DNA from: Raillietiella orientalis
Lineage: Eukaryota
Reading direction: 5' to 3'
NCBI GenBank assembly: GCA_036172245.1
Contig: JAYWIR010000055.1
Span: 744,001 to 808,000 of the forward strand
Length of the DNA: 64,000 bases
Part shown: positions 11,131 to 33,059 of the stretch, piece by piece
Numbering within the stretch: position 1 is the first letter of the stretch
Layout: the number at the start of each line of letters is the position of its first letter
Notes under the pieces: generated by a model
What the model saw: the letters and a program-made list of their open reading frames with translations, nothing else
Told to the model about the DNA's origin: nothing
Databases searched by the model: none
Made by a program: the position numbers and the translations under genes

Positions 11131-13600
11131 GAAAAGGACATTTAAAAAATGCGATTCCCTATTCAGCTACAACCTTAGAGATTTTAAGGCACACTTGAAA
11201 TTCAATGGGACTACTGCACGCATCAATGTTGCATTTCATTCTGTCACAAGCATAAATAGTTGGAGTGTTTGCATAGAACTGTAGAATCGTCTGATAGCAC
11301 GTTTACACAATGGTGGATGCTGTCACAATACAGTAGGACGAATTCATGATCCTTAAAGAAACGCTAATTCCATAAATCATTAGTAATGTTCGTTTTCTTA
11401 TGCCAAAAACTCCTGTTGAATCCTGTACCCACATTGGGAGGTACTGTGTAAATATACTTTTTATTTCAGGACAAGTTGAGTGGTGAATATTATTATTTAC
11501 TTCCGAATTCCAAAGTCATTATTACAGCTGAATTAAAGTGTGCATATTATTCTGACATTGCTTATTCCCTTTAAACTGCACCCATTAGGAATCAGGCATT
11601 TAATGACCACTGTTAACGAATTTACTTTCAGAAGTATTTCTACTAATAGTATGGAAAGGAATGATCTGTAGCATTGAATCTTTATGATTTATCACTTAAG
11701 TCATGTCATGTAATTCACGAGGGATAATTCTCCAACTAAAGCTTCAAGGCAACTACAGAATATATATAATAGGGAACTGCACTGAACAAGGATTATACGA
11801 AAATAATACATAATAATATGAACTTATTTTTTTTATTTATCTTGAAATATCAAAAAACTAGTTCGGAGCTATTCTCTATGAGCAGCATATCGCCTTTATG
11901 CAATCCAACTAAGCTACAAAGTGATGATTCCCAAATTATTTGAGAGCATTACCCATAGATGCCATCAAATTTTCCACAGTCGTACATTGTACAAACAAAT
12001 TTTCCGTATAGAACAATTCCTTAATAACAACATTAAAGTACTGCTTCAACATTAAATTAAGATACTCAAAGAAATAATATAGAAGTTTGCATCATAGCCA
12101 AGGAACAAAACAGTAAGACATTAAGAATATTTGAAAGAATTAAGTATGGCCAATTATTAGTATATGGATAGGTATCAATCGGTACAGTGAAGATGTTATT
12201 AATATTCAGATGTATCAAAATCAATATCATCTAATCTTCTCGATGTGAATGAAAACAGTTATCATTATGAGAATCCCTTCACGCGCATCCACATATGAAC
12301 AGCAGCAAAATGTGTAAAATATTAACACTTGGAATGTCATATAAATATAAGTAAGAAGGCAACAACAAAAAACTGGAAGTTAGCACCAGATTTCAGTATC
12401 TCAAGTTTCCAAATGAAACCAAATTTTTACATTAGTGTTGTGAGTACATAGTAGGGTTGCCTTTAACTTACATTGCCAACTCAAAAAAGTCATGAAAACT
12501 TTAGCTGTGATTACGTTTCCTTGAAAATTTCTTGGTATAATCAAACATTCTTCCTGGATAAGGAAAACGGTAATGTAGTGGATGATTCAAAATAAAAGTC
12601 CCGGAACATTTTTCTCCTACTTTATGAAAATGAACTAACACCTTCTCACCTTTATTGACGTAAAGGTGAGAATTAATTTGTTAGAATGCTCATAATGCTT
12701 GATAGTTTCTGAATAACTTTGATCCATTTCTTCCTCTTTTCATCTGAGTTTATGTCTTGTCTCTTCGTCAGTAAGAAACATTCATGAAAATTCAATTATT
12801 TATAATATTTTATGATTCAGATGCTCAAATAACTCTAATGTATGTAGCTATTTCTAATCATATTTCAATGCCCATTATTTTGTCAACAGATAATTTACAT
12901 CCACAAAGATCAAGTTAATTAAAAATGATTTCCTAAATATTAATACCTTCCTAAATGTTATGATCCTCCAATTCTTGAGTTTGATTTTTAAAAATGTTAA
13001 AATATTTCGACAACATTTAAAAAAGAAAACAATTTAAAAATTCAATGCTTTTATGTTTCTGCTTGGGAAAGTGTTGCCGTGCTAAGGAATGCACTAGGGT
13101 TTCCGTTAATGCAGTAAGGAATTAATACACAGACGAAAAGAGAATATAAAGCGGGAAGAAAATGGAAAATGATATGAGAAACAAAAGGAATTTCAAATAT
13201 TTTTTGAATTCTACCTTGAGTGATGCTGACATTTGTGAGCCTCATTTCCTGACGTATAATTTTTTTTCTAAACATCTTAAATCTTCATTAATGGGTTTAG
13301 GACGTTTACATTAGACAAATAAGGATTTTGCTACATATTTCGTTGAATGTTTGAAATCCTTTTCATTTCAGTATCTACTGTGCATATTTGAATTCAATTT
13401 GATACTAATATATTAGAAATGATGAGGTTCACAGGAAATATAATTTCATTTTGGTCAGAATTGCGGATGTTGGCAAGCTTTATTTACTGTACAGTTTGAA
13501 TTGCAGCGAAAGATTTATACATCGGCAATGTGCATCAGTATTGTGAATGTGTTTTTGGCTGTGAGGTGCTGTCATTCTGATGTCGCATTTAAAAGGAAAA

Positions 13601-16600
13601 ATGACTAAGTGTTCAATAAAACTTTATATCAAGAAAGTTGATAAAAATATCCGCGCATCCGGCATGAGGAATCTGCTTTTGCGAAGAGGATTGAGAATTC
13701 CATCGTCTTTTAAGAAAGATGCCACATACAAAGATAAAGATTTTTCCGCATGGTACATTGAGTATGAGACACAGAAGTATGTAATTTGAAACTGAGGACA
13801 TAATCATCAGGTTCTTTTAGTGAAGCGTCCAATGTTATTGCCGTTCTCCATCGTAAACCGCCTTTGTATTTGGATGTTGAATTAGATCAACAGAGATTAG
13901 AGAGGAAGAAACGAAAAGAGAAAAAACAAAAGTAAATTTGACAAAAGTTTTACTTAGCTGACAGAGTTCACGTTTCTTACAGAATGGAAGATGAAATCAA
14001 TTCTGAATTGCATTCTAGTTCATGGAAAAGAGAATCCAAAGTTGAGAATTCATCCATCTTTGATAGAGTTTCTGATAAGATGTATGTTATGTTGTCTTAA
14101 GAAAATTTATTATTTTCTTTCAGTGTAATGACAAGTAGCACATTAAGCATCCCACAGAAAAATCATGAATTAGCTCAAAACCATTCCTCCTATCCTTCCT
14201 ATGGTGTTATTAATGGTCTGATAAAGCATCAGGTACTATTGTAAAGTAGATGTTAAATTTATTGGATGCTTTAAATCTTGCATGCAGAATAGTATTCGAA
14301 TTTTAGGAGAACCTGAAGTATTTTTGGAAAGTGCTGGTTCCTGTGCAGTGTGTTTTCGAATTGCTCTTTTGTATTGCAAAAGGTGTTGTGAGTTCTTTTG
14401 CTCTCAAAGATGCCAGGTTGCTGGATGGCCTCAACACAAGAAATTTTGCAGGTGAAGTGAACAAAAATTCAATGTTTTAGTAAAATGAAAGTGATTTTTA
14501 CAGAAGAAAGATCAAAACAGTGAACTTTTCCCCTTATTCTGCCTTTACAGAGAAATGGTTGGAAAGGATGACTGATATGAAAGAAGCAAAAAAGACTGAT
14601 TTGTTTGGGTCCCACAAACAGGTGAACTTCATAATTCTTCCAACTTTTCGATTTTCTACTTTTGGATAGGTGATTGCTGTTCCAGTACAAATTTTGCCAA
14701 GCAATGTATACACCCGTGTAATTGTTGGTGATATTTTTAATCCAGATTTCTTTTTTCTTAAATTGATGGAGACATCTGTGAAATTGCCAACTGCATCTAC
14801 CAAACAGACAGCTGTCCAGAGTTCACATTTGGTTCCCAACTGTTTGGTGCTTGTAAATGATGAACATAATAAAAATCAGTAGTAAGTACAATATCATTGT
14901 GAATGCTGCAGTTGTTAGTTTGAATGCAGCAATCGAATGTTGGTGCATTCTGTTGCTGCTGCTGATGTTTTTGGACTTCTTATTGATCATGGACAAATGG
15001 TCACAGTATTGGCTGATCAGTGCTTTCCTTTGACTAGTTCATTGATGGACTACCCAGTTCAGGTTTGTAATTTCTTTTCCTTTAAAGAAATTTTTTGCTT
15101 CAGTCATTTTCTTGTGGACTGGCAGGTATTAAACCAAATTCAGGAAAAATCTGGGATGAACATAGCATTGCATCATTTAAAAAACTGTTTGATGTCTCTG
15201 GAAAGGATGCATCGTATTGGGTATCAGTTGGAGGACAGGTTTGTTTGCATTTTTGCTTCTGTAACCCTATATGATGACTTTAGGATGAGGGGGGAGTATT
15301 AAGAGTGCAGTTGTTATATGGCACTGATCCTATGAGTTCTTCCAATATTAGTATGATGCTTGTAGAGTCAGGAGCAGCATCAGAAGACGACATGAGCAAT
15401 TTGCTTACTAGTACTACTACCTTTTTGTGAGTAATTTTACCATTTCCTACTTCAGAACATGTTTATGTGTAGGCATGGTACTCTAGTGCCAGAGGCATGG
15501 AAAACATGTAGTTTCCCTGCGTTTCTGCATCCAGAAATACAATATCCAGGAACCATATTTGAAGATGCAGTTTCTAAGGTGCTGTGGCTTCAGTTATTAC
15601 CATCCCCTGAGGAAATACCTCTGCATCACTTGCTTTCATTACCATTGGATATGTTGGAAGCTTATTTAGAAATTGCAGTATCTTCACAGTCATTTTTAAT
15701 AGCTGCATTCTCAAAAACGAAAAACTGTTGGGGTCGTGCCTATGTGCTTGACAGTGCTGGCATCAAACTGAGTGTCCAGTTTGTAGATTGGGGGTTTCAA
15801 GAATGGACAGAACAGCATGCTGCCCTGCCACCATCGTTTCAGTGCTTGCCTCCTCTTTGCTGGCGTATGCAAAACACTTTACAAGCTACACTACCATTCA
15901 AGGGCACTGTTCTTTTCAAATATGTATCTCCAGCATTTGCCAAAGTACAACTATATGACCATAGCAATGAGTTTCTTTGTGAAACTGTAGTGCACCCTTG
16001 GTTTAAGTGTGTTCCATCTCAAAGAAATCCCCACTACCAGCTAGAACATGTTCATCAGACCCCTTTTCCTGAAAGTAATTGTATTGAAGTTGATTTGGTT
16101 TCTATGCCACACCATTGGCTGGCTGTTGTACAGTTGCAGAGTGATCAGGCCATGTTGAATGTGCTTTCACAACACCTTGAAAATATCTATCAGCATCTTC
16201 CTGCTGAATCTAGTTTTGTACCACGATTAGGTGAATTTGTAGCCAGCAGTTATGCAGGCAAATGGTACCGTTCACTTATTGTGAGGATACAATACACCCA
16301 TGCATGGATCATCCATGTAGATTATGGTAGAGCAGATGTGATCCACATCAACAAATTGCACCCACTTTTTGAAGAGTTTCTTCAATATCCTATTTATGGA
16401 CGGGAAATCATTTTAGAAGGCACACTGAGTGGCAAGTGGAATATGAGTTTGGCAATCAATCTCTCTCTCTATTATCAGAGAAAATTTTCCCTCACTTTGG
16501 TAAGTTTTTCAATAAATATTGCTCTGTAGTCTCCCACTTAGAATACTGGAAAAACAAGTGCCATAAGGGGAACTTTGGAATTATGGGAGCATTCTTTATG

Positions 16601-17177
16601 CTTGAATGAATTAATTAAAGAGTGTCTCCATAAACCCATAACATTTTTCATCCAAGAGTGCAAACAGGAAGAATTCCCAAATGGGTGTCACTGTGAAATG
16701 TTATTGACAGATGTAAAGAATGATTATGTTTCTGCTGTAAAAGTAGAACGATTACCAGAGCTTAAAGCTATTGCAGAAGAGATAGAAAAGCTGAGTGAGT
16801 TTGTAGGTAATGAAATACTATCTCACATGCCAAAGGTGCAAGAAATGTGTTTAGCACGCAGTTATGGTAAGTTTGCATTGCTTACAATTAGCTGATTCAA
16901 TATTGCAGAAAACCAAGCCTGGGGACGTGCATGTTGCATTCAGTTTTGCAGTAGTTATTGTTTGTTGTACTTTGTTGATTATGGAACAGTAGAAGAAGTT
17001 TTTCCACTACAGATGCTGCCAATCAATGCACGATACATGACCTTGCCTTTACAAGCAGTTCAGTGCAAGGTTCTAAACAAAAACAACAACTTGCAGAAAC
17101 TTCGCTATACTTGTCAAAAGCTGCGGTTTATCAAGAGAGATCCAGAAAGAATTACACATACTGTACTGTTAATGTAA
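13601..17177 (+). CDS. Vreteno/TDRD1-like piRNA-pathway protein: RRM + MYND zinc finger + multiple Tudor domains
   Basis: RRM-like KLYIKKV...WYIEYETQNEASNVIAVLHRKPPLYLDVEL (exons 13601-13776 and from 13821). MYND CAVC...CKRC...FCSQRCQVAGWPQHKKFC at about 14340-14450. Four Tudor-like cores: GLLIDHGQ, WGRAYV..VQFVDWG, WYRSLI..IHVDYG, WGRAC..LYFVDYG. Stop at 17175-17177; start codon uncertain (13580 or 13601). Confidence 0.85.
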
Positions 17178-18000
17178 AGTGTATGACTAGTTGATACTAT
17201 TTCACACATCACAGTAATGCATCCATTTACTTAAAATGATTTATTATTAGTGATATTGATTTTGCTTGTATATTTCCTGCACATAGAGTTGAAATATACA
17301 TCCAATAGCAAGAGCATTTGATTTTTCCTCAAAGATGTTTGTTTTAAGTACTTAAATAGCAATGAGAAATTGGGAGCTTACACTACACATCAGGTCAATC
17401 TTTATAAGTAAACCTATTTTTAGTGAAATGTACCAAACCTACATTTATTCAATTTTAAGATGGTTAAGACTAACAAAAGTATACTAAAGTTTTTATTTCT
17501 GTTGATACGAATATAGCAACATTTTGGTGAGGTAAATGCATTAAGGGAAGGTATGTTTCTTGTAAGTTTAAAATATTCAAAAACATTTTTAAATTTGGAA
17601 ATGGCAATGCAAGTACACTTCAGTTAAATAGAGTAACTTCAATTGACTGCTTTAAAAGGTTTTTGGAATCTTTCATTTTGTGATAAGAATTTTCCTTTTA
17701 ATAGACTAAGTGAAATTATAACAATACAACTGTAACTGTTGACTGATTTTACAAATATCACAAATTAAAATGCAAAATATATTAACCACTGGAAAATAAT
17801 TCACGTACTGTAGATAAAAGATAAACCTATAGAACTAATTTATATTACTATAAAATCCAATCTTGTCATTATTAGTTTTAATTTTAAATCAATGAATATA
17901 TATATCTGGCACACCAATATGGTGCTATTATACCATTCTGATAGTGTCACTGGGTACTAAGAAATAAAGTGCATAGATGATAGATAATTTAAATCTAAGA

Positions 18001-19086
<1,086 letters not shown>

Positions 19087-19972
19087 TCATCTTCTATCAT
19101 CAAAGGAATCATTGGTGGAACTTTCCACGTGTTACGAACTGAAAGGTATTTCAAATAACCGGAGAATGAGTGCTTAACTGCGTTGAATTCCACCGCGCCA
19201 CCTAAAATCACACGTCATTTGTACACGGGGGACCTGCAGAAGTTTCTCGCAACGGTGCACGGCCCACTCGACTACCACGGCACGGGGAAGCATCAAAGAG
19301 CAGCGCAATTAAGAAATTGGGTCTCGGGTTAGGCGCTTCCGGAAATGCAATTGTTTTGCATACGTGCCAAGCCAAATTTTTCGGAGGGAGGGAGAGGGGG
19401 GGAAGAAGAAGAAGGAAAGAAAACGTTTCAGGAAAGAACTATTCCAGTATATCTTAAGCAATTCGTGCAACTGGAACTCTGCTCGAGAATTACAGCGTTC
19501 AAAAACACGATCAAGTAGAAGTTTGTATCGAAAAAAAAAAAAACGAATCATTTTGAAACTTTCGAATCGCAAATCCATCGTACATGAAAAGTCGAATGTT
19601 TTTCAGGTATAAAAATTGTTAGACATGTGGAATTTGTGATTTATGGAATACTCTTTACAGCTAGGATGAAACGAAGCAAGACAAAAATTTGATTACAACG
19701 TCCCTTTCACATAACCGACTTGTTGATAGACTGTACGTTAATCTATCAAGTTTAAGTGACTTGGAGCACAATAAACTCCCTTTACAAGTTTTCCAGCATC
19801 CAATTTTTAGCTGCTATCTGGTACTTTACACTCGACGAAAGTTGTCTATTAGAATTAAATGTAGATGACCCAGTTTGAGGAAGCCCTCACGCACGCTTCC
19901 ATGCCAATTATGCATCTTAATATTGAGTAAAAACAATGATTCTAGTAGATGAGTCCTTCGTAGATTAAGTTA

Positions 19973-19998
19973 TTTTCTTAAGCTCGAGCTTAAGAAAA
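19973..19998. repeat. Perfect 26-bp palindrome
   Basis: TTTTCTTAAGCTCGAGCTTAAGAAAA equals its own reverse complement. Confidence 0.9.
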
Positions 19999-22900
19999 GA
20001 ATGGCGGTCAGTTCAATTACATTTGTAGCAGACTAAATGCAATCGAACTCCCCAAATGGTTTTCCAAAGTAAAGGTTCCACAAAGGCGACTCTTTCAAAA
20101 AGAAATTAAAACATGAGAGGCTCCAAATTTTCTCGTAAGCTGGGAAAAGAGACATTAGATTTTCCAGCTTTTTGTTTTTTTTTTATGCGACACATTACAG
20201 TGTTTTTGTGAAAGAGAGAATAAGTGTTACGAGTCCCACGGTATCTTGATGGCAGAAGCACAGGTAATGTAGATTTGTTAAAAACCAAAGTATCCAAAGT
20301 TATCTTGCCAAATAGAATTGGAACGCTGTTTCTCAAAAGTAAACTGGAATCAAATTTCAACGATTTTTAATGAAAAAATTTTTTTTTATTTTTTTTCCCA
20401 TAGAAACGATTCTTTTTTAGTGAGATTAGATGAAATTTTTACACTCCGAACCTTGGGTGGTCAATAATCGTTAATACTGAAGGATATTTTTGAAAATAAA
20501 ATTGAATGATTCAAAAAACACAATTTAATGTGATGATGATTTATGATGAACGAGACTCAAATCCGCACTGCAAAACGGATGTTTTGGAAAGATCAATAGA
20601 ATACTAGACAAATGCAATCTAGATGTAAAATTAAAAAAGAAAATCTTTAGGATTCTTGCATAGTTGAAAAGCAGTTAGGAAAGATCCTAAAACATTGCAA
20701 GAAAATGGTGTTTAGTGGATGAAAATAATGACACGCATAGTCACCATTTTCATCTTCCCTAATCATGTTGTATGTTAATCATGTTTCAAAACATCGCCTT
20801 GTAATGTCCGACTGCAGGCGCAGGACCTGTGCTTGTTTCGATTTAGCAGAAATTTTCAGTCACGAGGCCGTATGCTTCTTCTACAAAACAATCCTCCGAT
20901 ACAAGCACTCATTCCTTTTCCCCAAACGGACAATTCTAAAAAATTCCTCAACTGCAGGAACGCAAACAGTAAGGCGAAAGCAGAAACTTGTCCACTGACT
21001 TGAAACAACCATTACGACAGGAACTACAAATGCACTATTCACTCAAATACTGCGAGCTAAATTAAGCATCATTTCATGCAATTACGTTTATTTATGTCAA
21101 GTAATCAAGAATGAACGGTTGAAAAATCAAGGTCTGTTGAGAAGAACAAAGCTTTCTATAATGTACAATTTTTGGAGCTTTACTAATAAGTGCTTCGAGA
21201 GCAATCAAACCTTTCAGTCATGCCGCAGTTCCAAGCATGGAATCTGAATAGCATTTGCGTTTTTCCATCGAGAGTTGGATGAGATTTCTGTGGATAATTA
21301 ACTGCATCGTAATTGTAGACTTTTTTTTTTTTTTTTTTTGGAGGGAGGGGACTATCAGCCAACTAAGAATTAAAATGTACACTTCTAGTTTCCATTATTT
21401 AGTTTTTTCTTCTTTCCGATGCCCCATAGGAGTCGAGAATCGGTAAAGCCACATAATGTCTCCAAGCTTCCACAGGAATTTTCATTCAATCACAAGTATC
21501 TATCTTTTCTATCAAACTACAAATAGTCCCGCGTGCATGTCCATCTACATTTTCTATACAAGTCGATATTATACTTTCTTCTGAGTGAATATCTAAACAC
21601 GATCTACTTTTGAAGTGTTCTTTCATAAGCTGTGCTTTATTATCTTTACATCCCGCGCCCTCCGGAAACTGCTCTTTCTTCCGTTTCAACCTACGCCCCA
21701 GTTCTGAAAATTGTAATCGTTGCTTTCCCACGGATGCAGAGTTCTTCGTAATTGGAAGATCTGTGTTTTCGATCAATCCGTAGCGAAAGTTTCTCATTAG
21801 TGCAAACACTAATGAGCACGTGATGAACGCACGAGCAAACCCGGGCGGGTTGCAGTGCATACCGTTACCGTCGTAAACGATGTAATTCGTATATAGTATA
21901 TTCACGTTGCATAGATACAAGTGCGTAACATTTTCTAAATAATGCACTAATGATCTGGGTCCCCTGTTTCTCCATTTTGCCGCTTTTGAACAATGCTTGC
22001 GAGAGAGGGGGCTTCGAGCATTGTAATGGTCGGTCGCGTAAATTTTTTCCTTTTCATTATTGCGTAAGCATCATCGATCTACAAAATGGAATCCAACTCG
22101 GCTGCACGGTGTCCGCGAGTCTCCACTTTGGTGTGAAGCTGTGCTTTTCATCTCAATCCAGGAACAGGAAGACACTTCACTGCCATCAGATCTAGGCGCA
22201 GGTTTTGAGGAGCTCTACGTATTCTCTTTCATGCTTCCCCCTTGCTTGTCACTCGGAATTTTTGTCGGAATTCTTTGGTCAGCAGCTCATGAATTGAGTT
22301 TGGTACTTCTGCGTTCCTGTCTTTCGCCATTCAAACAAGGAAAACTCCGCTTTGAAATTTTGCTCCCTCTTTTCTTTTCTTCTTTTGAAGAATAGAAGAA
22401 TCCTAACGCACATCGTCACGTGGCTCTCCGTCGTGTCTTCGGCTCTCTGGCGGACCGGACCACACGTGTCTTTTGCAATTCTCTCGGCAGAATCCTTCAA
22501 TGGTGAGGTTATGAGCCGACTGATTTCGGCATGGCCTGCGAAAGAGCCGCTCAAGAACTCAACGCGACTCGATTTACGACGGAGTCCACGAATCCCAGAT
22601 GTGATGAGGGAGTCGCGCCGTGCATGGGAACGCGGAACCGGAAGAGATCTGATGGTACACTTGAACGTTAAAATGCCTGTCGCCATGTTTGCTGCACAAA
22701 AATGATGACAGGCAGTACACGTATGTGGCCTGCAAACAAAGCAAAATGCAGAGAACGAAATGTTCGAGTGGAAATCAGCAAAAGCAGAACGGTTGCTGCG
22801 ATGTGCGCCACGGCGCCATTAGGCGCGCCTTCGGATCGGAGTCATCAAGCGCCATCCGCTAAATTAGAAAAGTCGCTTTCAGGAAATAAGGGGGAAAATG

Positions 22901-24899
22901 TCATTTCCGAATGTCAATAAATTAGATGCAGGATGTGGAATGATGGCGAAGATGAGTTTTTTTCATCCTCCCAAGGCACTTGATTTGCACACGTGAAAAC
23001 ATCACTAACTGAAAGTGGCTTCCCATTTACATGTACTCTAAACACATTAACCGGATCGATCGCTATTTAGTGAAATTTATTTATATGTTGCTTTGCATTT
23101 TATGTAATTCGATTACCACAGCGGGGAAGAGTCTACCATTGATTACTGCCAAGGTGGCAAAAAACACGTGCGTTCAACGTGAGATCCAACTACGCCGAGG
23201 TCGCTGCCAGCAACGAACGGAAACCCTCCGTCTGCCATTATCTTTCATGAGATGGCGGGCACGAAGAAGCTCCGATGTTTGGGTTTGAACATGGAAAGAA
23301 TCAGAGTCGGCGACTAACGAAAGCTTTTCCTGATAATGTGCTAGCAGGTGGAAATAAAATGAGTTGATGCCAGCACCTTTCACTTTTAATGAAATTACGG
23401 GTTTTCTAGAGCACATACGATAAGCAGATAGGTGAATTGCAAGTAGAATCAGCTATTTTAGTATACGTCGAGGAGGTATGAAGCGTAGGGGCACTTACAT
23501 AATTTATCAGTGGTGACAACTACTTGGGAAGTTCGTTTTCTAATTGATTATCTGCGTGGAACATTCCTCCGTGTTATTTTCATATTGCTGTATTGAGGAT
23601 GAAACGGTATTTTTAATGAGCAGTTATTCTAATAAAAGTTCGCAGTCAGGATGTAATGTCAGAAAGAATAAAGTAAACTACGATGGTTACGTCAACGTAC
23701 ATTTATGTCGAAATGCGATTGAATTGCAAGTTTATTCGAGGACGTTTTATTGAATTCAACTGAATTCTATAATTGCTGAATCAAAATCGTCCCGGCTCTT
23801 ACATGAGAGTAGATAAGTCGTACATCGTGGATTTGCCGGACGATGCATTCAGACACTCTCATGTGCATCCGCTAGTCCCCTTCTTCCAAGGGGCCGGGAT
23901 CTTTAAGGCAAGGGAATGATTCCGACAATTGATTCCCCAATCCCAAATGCTGTTAATTATTTTCCAATCCAAGTGCTGTTATTCTGCGTTTCTTTAGGGA
24001 TGTTTCTCTATTCTCCAGTTCCAAATGACCAAAATGCTAATTGGTTGATAGTTTCAGTATGGGATGGTTCCATATTTCACAAAATTCTTAGAGATACAAG
24101 AGACGGATTTCAAAAATCATAAAGTCCAACAAATTGAATAATCTTGCATACAAGACACGTTGATTCGCCAACAGTTTCCATGGTTTTTTTTTTTGAAAGA
24201 CAATCTTCCAGGGAACCCACCTTTAGTCCTAAGGAACAAAGGGAACAACAAATATGAAAGGAAAGTGAAACCCATCTGTAGTGTGGGTTTCCTAATTAAA
24301 AATTCCCCACCCGGTGAGAAGCAAGTCATGTCATTTCATAGAGAGCAACTCGAAGAAATGATTTGAATTTTTATAAATACTGCATTACAAACATAGTGGG
24401 GTCACGACACTGTAGAAACAGTGAAAGAGAGCAGCTTCCTAAAACGAACAGAAACAGCACTTATTCATGTATTCAAAAAAGTACTTGCTGGCTTTTCAGG
24501 GTATTGATTCCGCAAGATGAAAAACAACAGACAGCGACGCAAAATTTATTCGGGTTTGCATGCGTTAGGAAAAATTTCAACGCATTCGTGGGATGCCAGT
24601 TGCATATCTCAAAAGCAAAATCTGTGAATGTGAAGGAAGAAATTTTTCCAAACTTGTTACTCTCCCAAAATAAATGAAAGGTGCTCATCGTAATAAGTTT
24701 TACATCGCTAAATATTCACTCCTAAGGGGACTTGCCGATGAATTTTCGGGAACTGAATGATTTCCATGATTTTTCCACCTGAAAGCTCGGATGTCTAAGA
24801 TCACTTTTGAGGCCTATTTAAGACTGAACTATGCAAAGGTTCTCAGTAAAAATCTTATAAGTTCTCAAGAAGGTTGCAAATGATTGTGATGACTTCGGG

Positions 24900-25900
24900 A
24901 AAAATTGTTTGTAGCAATGATGGGTGCGAAGTAGTCATTGATCAGAAGGATGAAGTTGTCCAAACTCCTTCGAAGATCGGTGTACCAAGAAAAACAGACA
25001 TTATAAGAGAAGCAGCAAGGGAATTCCATTGATACAAGCTTAGAAATGCAATGGTTTCAATAGAGTTGCTGATGCGAGAAGAGCATAAAGCACTAGAAAT
25101 TGCTGAATTACCCTTCCAGTTTCTGGTATCTGAAACTTTCTGGGACTTCAAGACTACTTCGAATTTCCAGAGATCGGACGTGCTGGTATTTAGAAGGAAG
25201 CGCTCTATGCAAGTTCAATCTTTTTGAGGACACACAGAATCCTAGTTTTGCCTATACTCAGAACATGCCCTTACTCCCCAAAGATACTGCTTCTGGATCG
25301 TTCGATTTAAGGGCAGACTGAAGCAAGAGGGCATTTTTTCTCCGGAACGTTTCTCCCTTGGCTCGTTCTCAAAGTGGGATCACGAATTAACAGCCTTGAC
25401 TATCGTATTTTCCCTTCAGTAGGGAAAGTTACATTCCGCTATTGTGAGTCATTCCAATGGGGCAAAGGGAATCAACCGAATGATTTCCGATTGGCTTCTG
25501 ATGAATACGACATCATCGAACAAGACGTTGAGCTACGGTCTCATAATGGGTTCTGCAGCAAATAACCTGAAATTATCAAAAGCTTCGCCGTGGACATAAT
25601 GGTGCTTTTTCTTTCGATAAAGAGATAAGTTCCGTGATTTATTTTCGTATTTACCAGGATAGGAAGCTCAAGAAAAGGCCATTAAGGAAAGGAAAATATA
25701 TGGTAATCATAGCCCCAATAGATTCCATATCTTTACTTGTCAGGATGGTTGTAGACGCTTCATGAAAGAAAGCGAAGGTTGAATAACGATTTACCTTATG
25801 TCTTTCACACTGCCATTCCACTAGATTTTGCAAACTTCATCGAGACTAAACATAAAGTCTACACGGTCATATTCTGCCTTCATTAATAATTGCTGCATTG
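24900..25900 (-). mobile_element. Highly decayed non-LTR retrotransposon reverse transcriptase relic (RTE/CR1-like)
   Basis: Broken minus-strand frames give motif ghosts in the expected order: DFMFSL (DHIFTL-like), AFFHEASTTI (FIDFEKAFDTI-like), LNVLFDDVVFI (FADD-like), QYL(G), KRLNLHRASF. Many stops and frameshifts. Confidence 0.35.
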
Positions 25901-27300
25901 CTTACTGCATGAATATTCTGAAGAAGACATTCTATTTTTCTTAGAGTTATGGAGAAGGTTATTGCATGAATGTGCATTTTCACACCAAGAATTTGAATTT
26001 TGAATTTTGAATCAGGCTACTTGACTTTAATTCAGACTGAGATGATTGTGACAGTCGTGCTGTTTTAATGGCTTAGTTCTCATCCAATTCTCGGGAATCG
26101 TTCTTTCCAAATTATTGCAAAAGAGGATCTGATCCATCATTATTTCCCGAATAGATTGGATTACATTCTTCTATGTGAGCACTGCTGTGATACCACGAAC
26201 TGTTTAGGTTAAGCTGTACTGTTGACTCGGCCTCCTTCAGGTTCAAAACATAAGGACTCATAAAAAAATGTTGATACTTCGTTTCAGACAGCCTGAAAAC
26301 ACTTCACTGTTTTTTTTTTTTTTTTTTCTCGTGGAAGACATGATTCTCAAGTTCGCTGATCTACAAACTACAGATCAGTGAGTGATCCATGTTCCTTCTT
26401 GGGGAGGAACCTTAGAAGTGTTTCATTTTAGAGTCTTATTGACTGCATCCAGCACTTTCATTTACAATGGAAATCGCCGTCACAACGGAAATGATCGAAC
26501 CTCCCCCCCCCTTCCTCCCCGCTAAATTTTGGTGCATTAAAATTCTTTTGAACCTAGGTGTTTTTATTTACAAATATTACATGCAAAACAAGAGTAATAC
26601 TGAGATAAAATATTATGAAAGTTGGGCAACATGTGATTTTCAGGTTCGAGAGAATTAGAAAAATCAAAATTATGTGCGAAATTTGATGGATTTTAAACAG
26701 AAAAGGTGAATTCAATTGAGAAATTCGCTACACAATGTTGTTTAATGAAACCTATTGCTTGGTTTAATAATTGCTCTTTAAATAATTAAGAAGCCGGCAA
26801 TCACTGCACTGTACATCTAAAACCACTTGCTTTCTACTAGTTTGTAACCGTCTGTAATGCAACACATTCTGTATTGTTTCACACAGGAAGCGCTCAGTTT
26901 GATTTTCAGTAATCTTTCACGTTTTTTTCACCAATTGCTATGATTTTCAAGACTGATTTTGCTAGCTGGTAGCCTAAGGTGGTAAATGTGAGATTCATTT
27001 TCATGTGTTTCCCCATAATAGTTACCAGTAATCATAAGTTCACATGTGTTGGAATGGGGTGCATTATTTACAGAACAATCAAGTAATCAATATATCGAAT
27101 CTATATAGAAGTTTCAGTCATCATTCTATAAAAATCATATCAAATGTTAGAAATATTTATGGGAATGTGAAGCTATGTGGGAATTGTTAGGATGTTAGGT
27201 ACTTGTTGGTTTTCATCTACCAAGACAAACAAAAAGTATTTATTTTGCATTTTGAAACAAACATTGGTTTTGCAGCTTTTGTTTCAATGAACAGTATCTC

Positions 27301-33019
<5,719 letters not shown>

Positions 33020-33059
33020 AATTATCATGAAATGAGATTGTAGAATACTCACTATATTT

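Noticed and set aside
21486..22920. Cluster of 70-150 aa ORFs on both strands in a CpG-rich patch
   Set aside because: No family motif or consistent splice chain recognised; more likely regulatory or non-coding.
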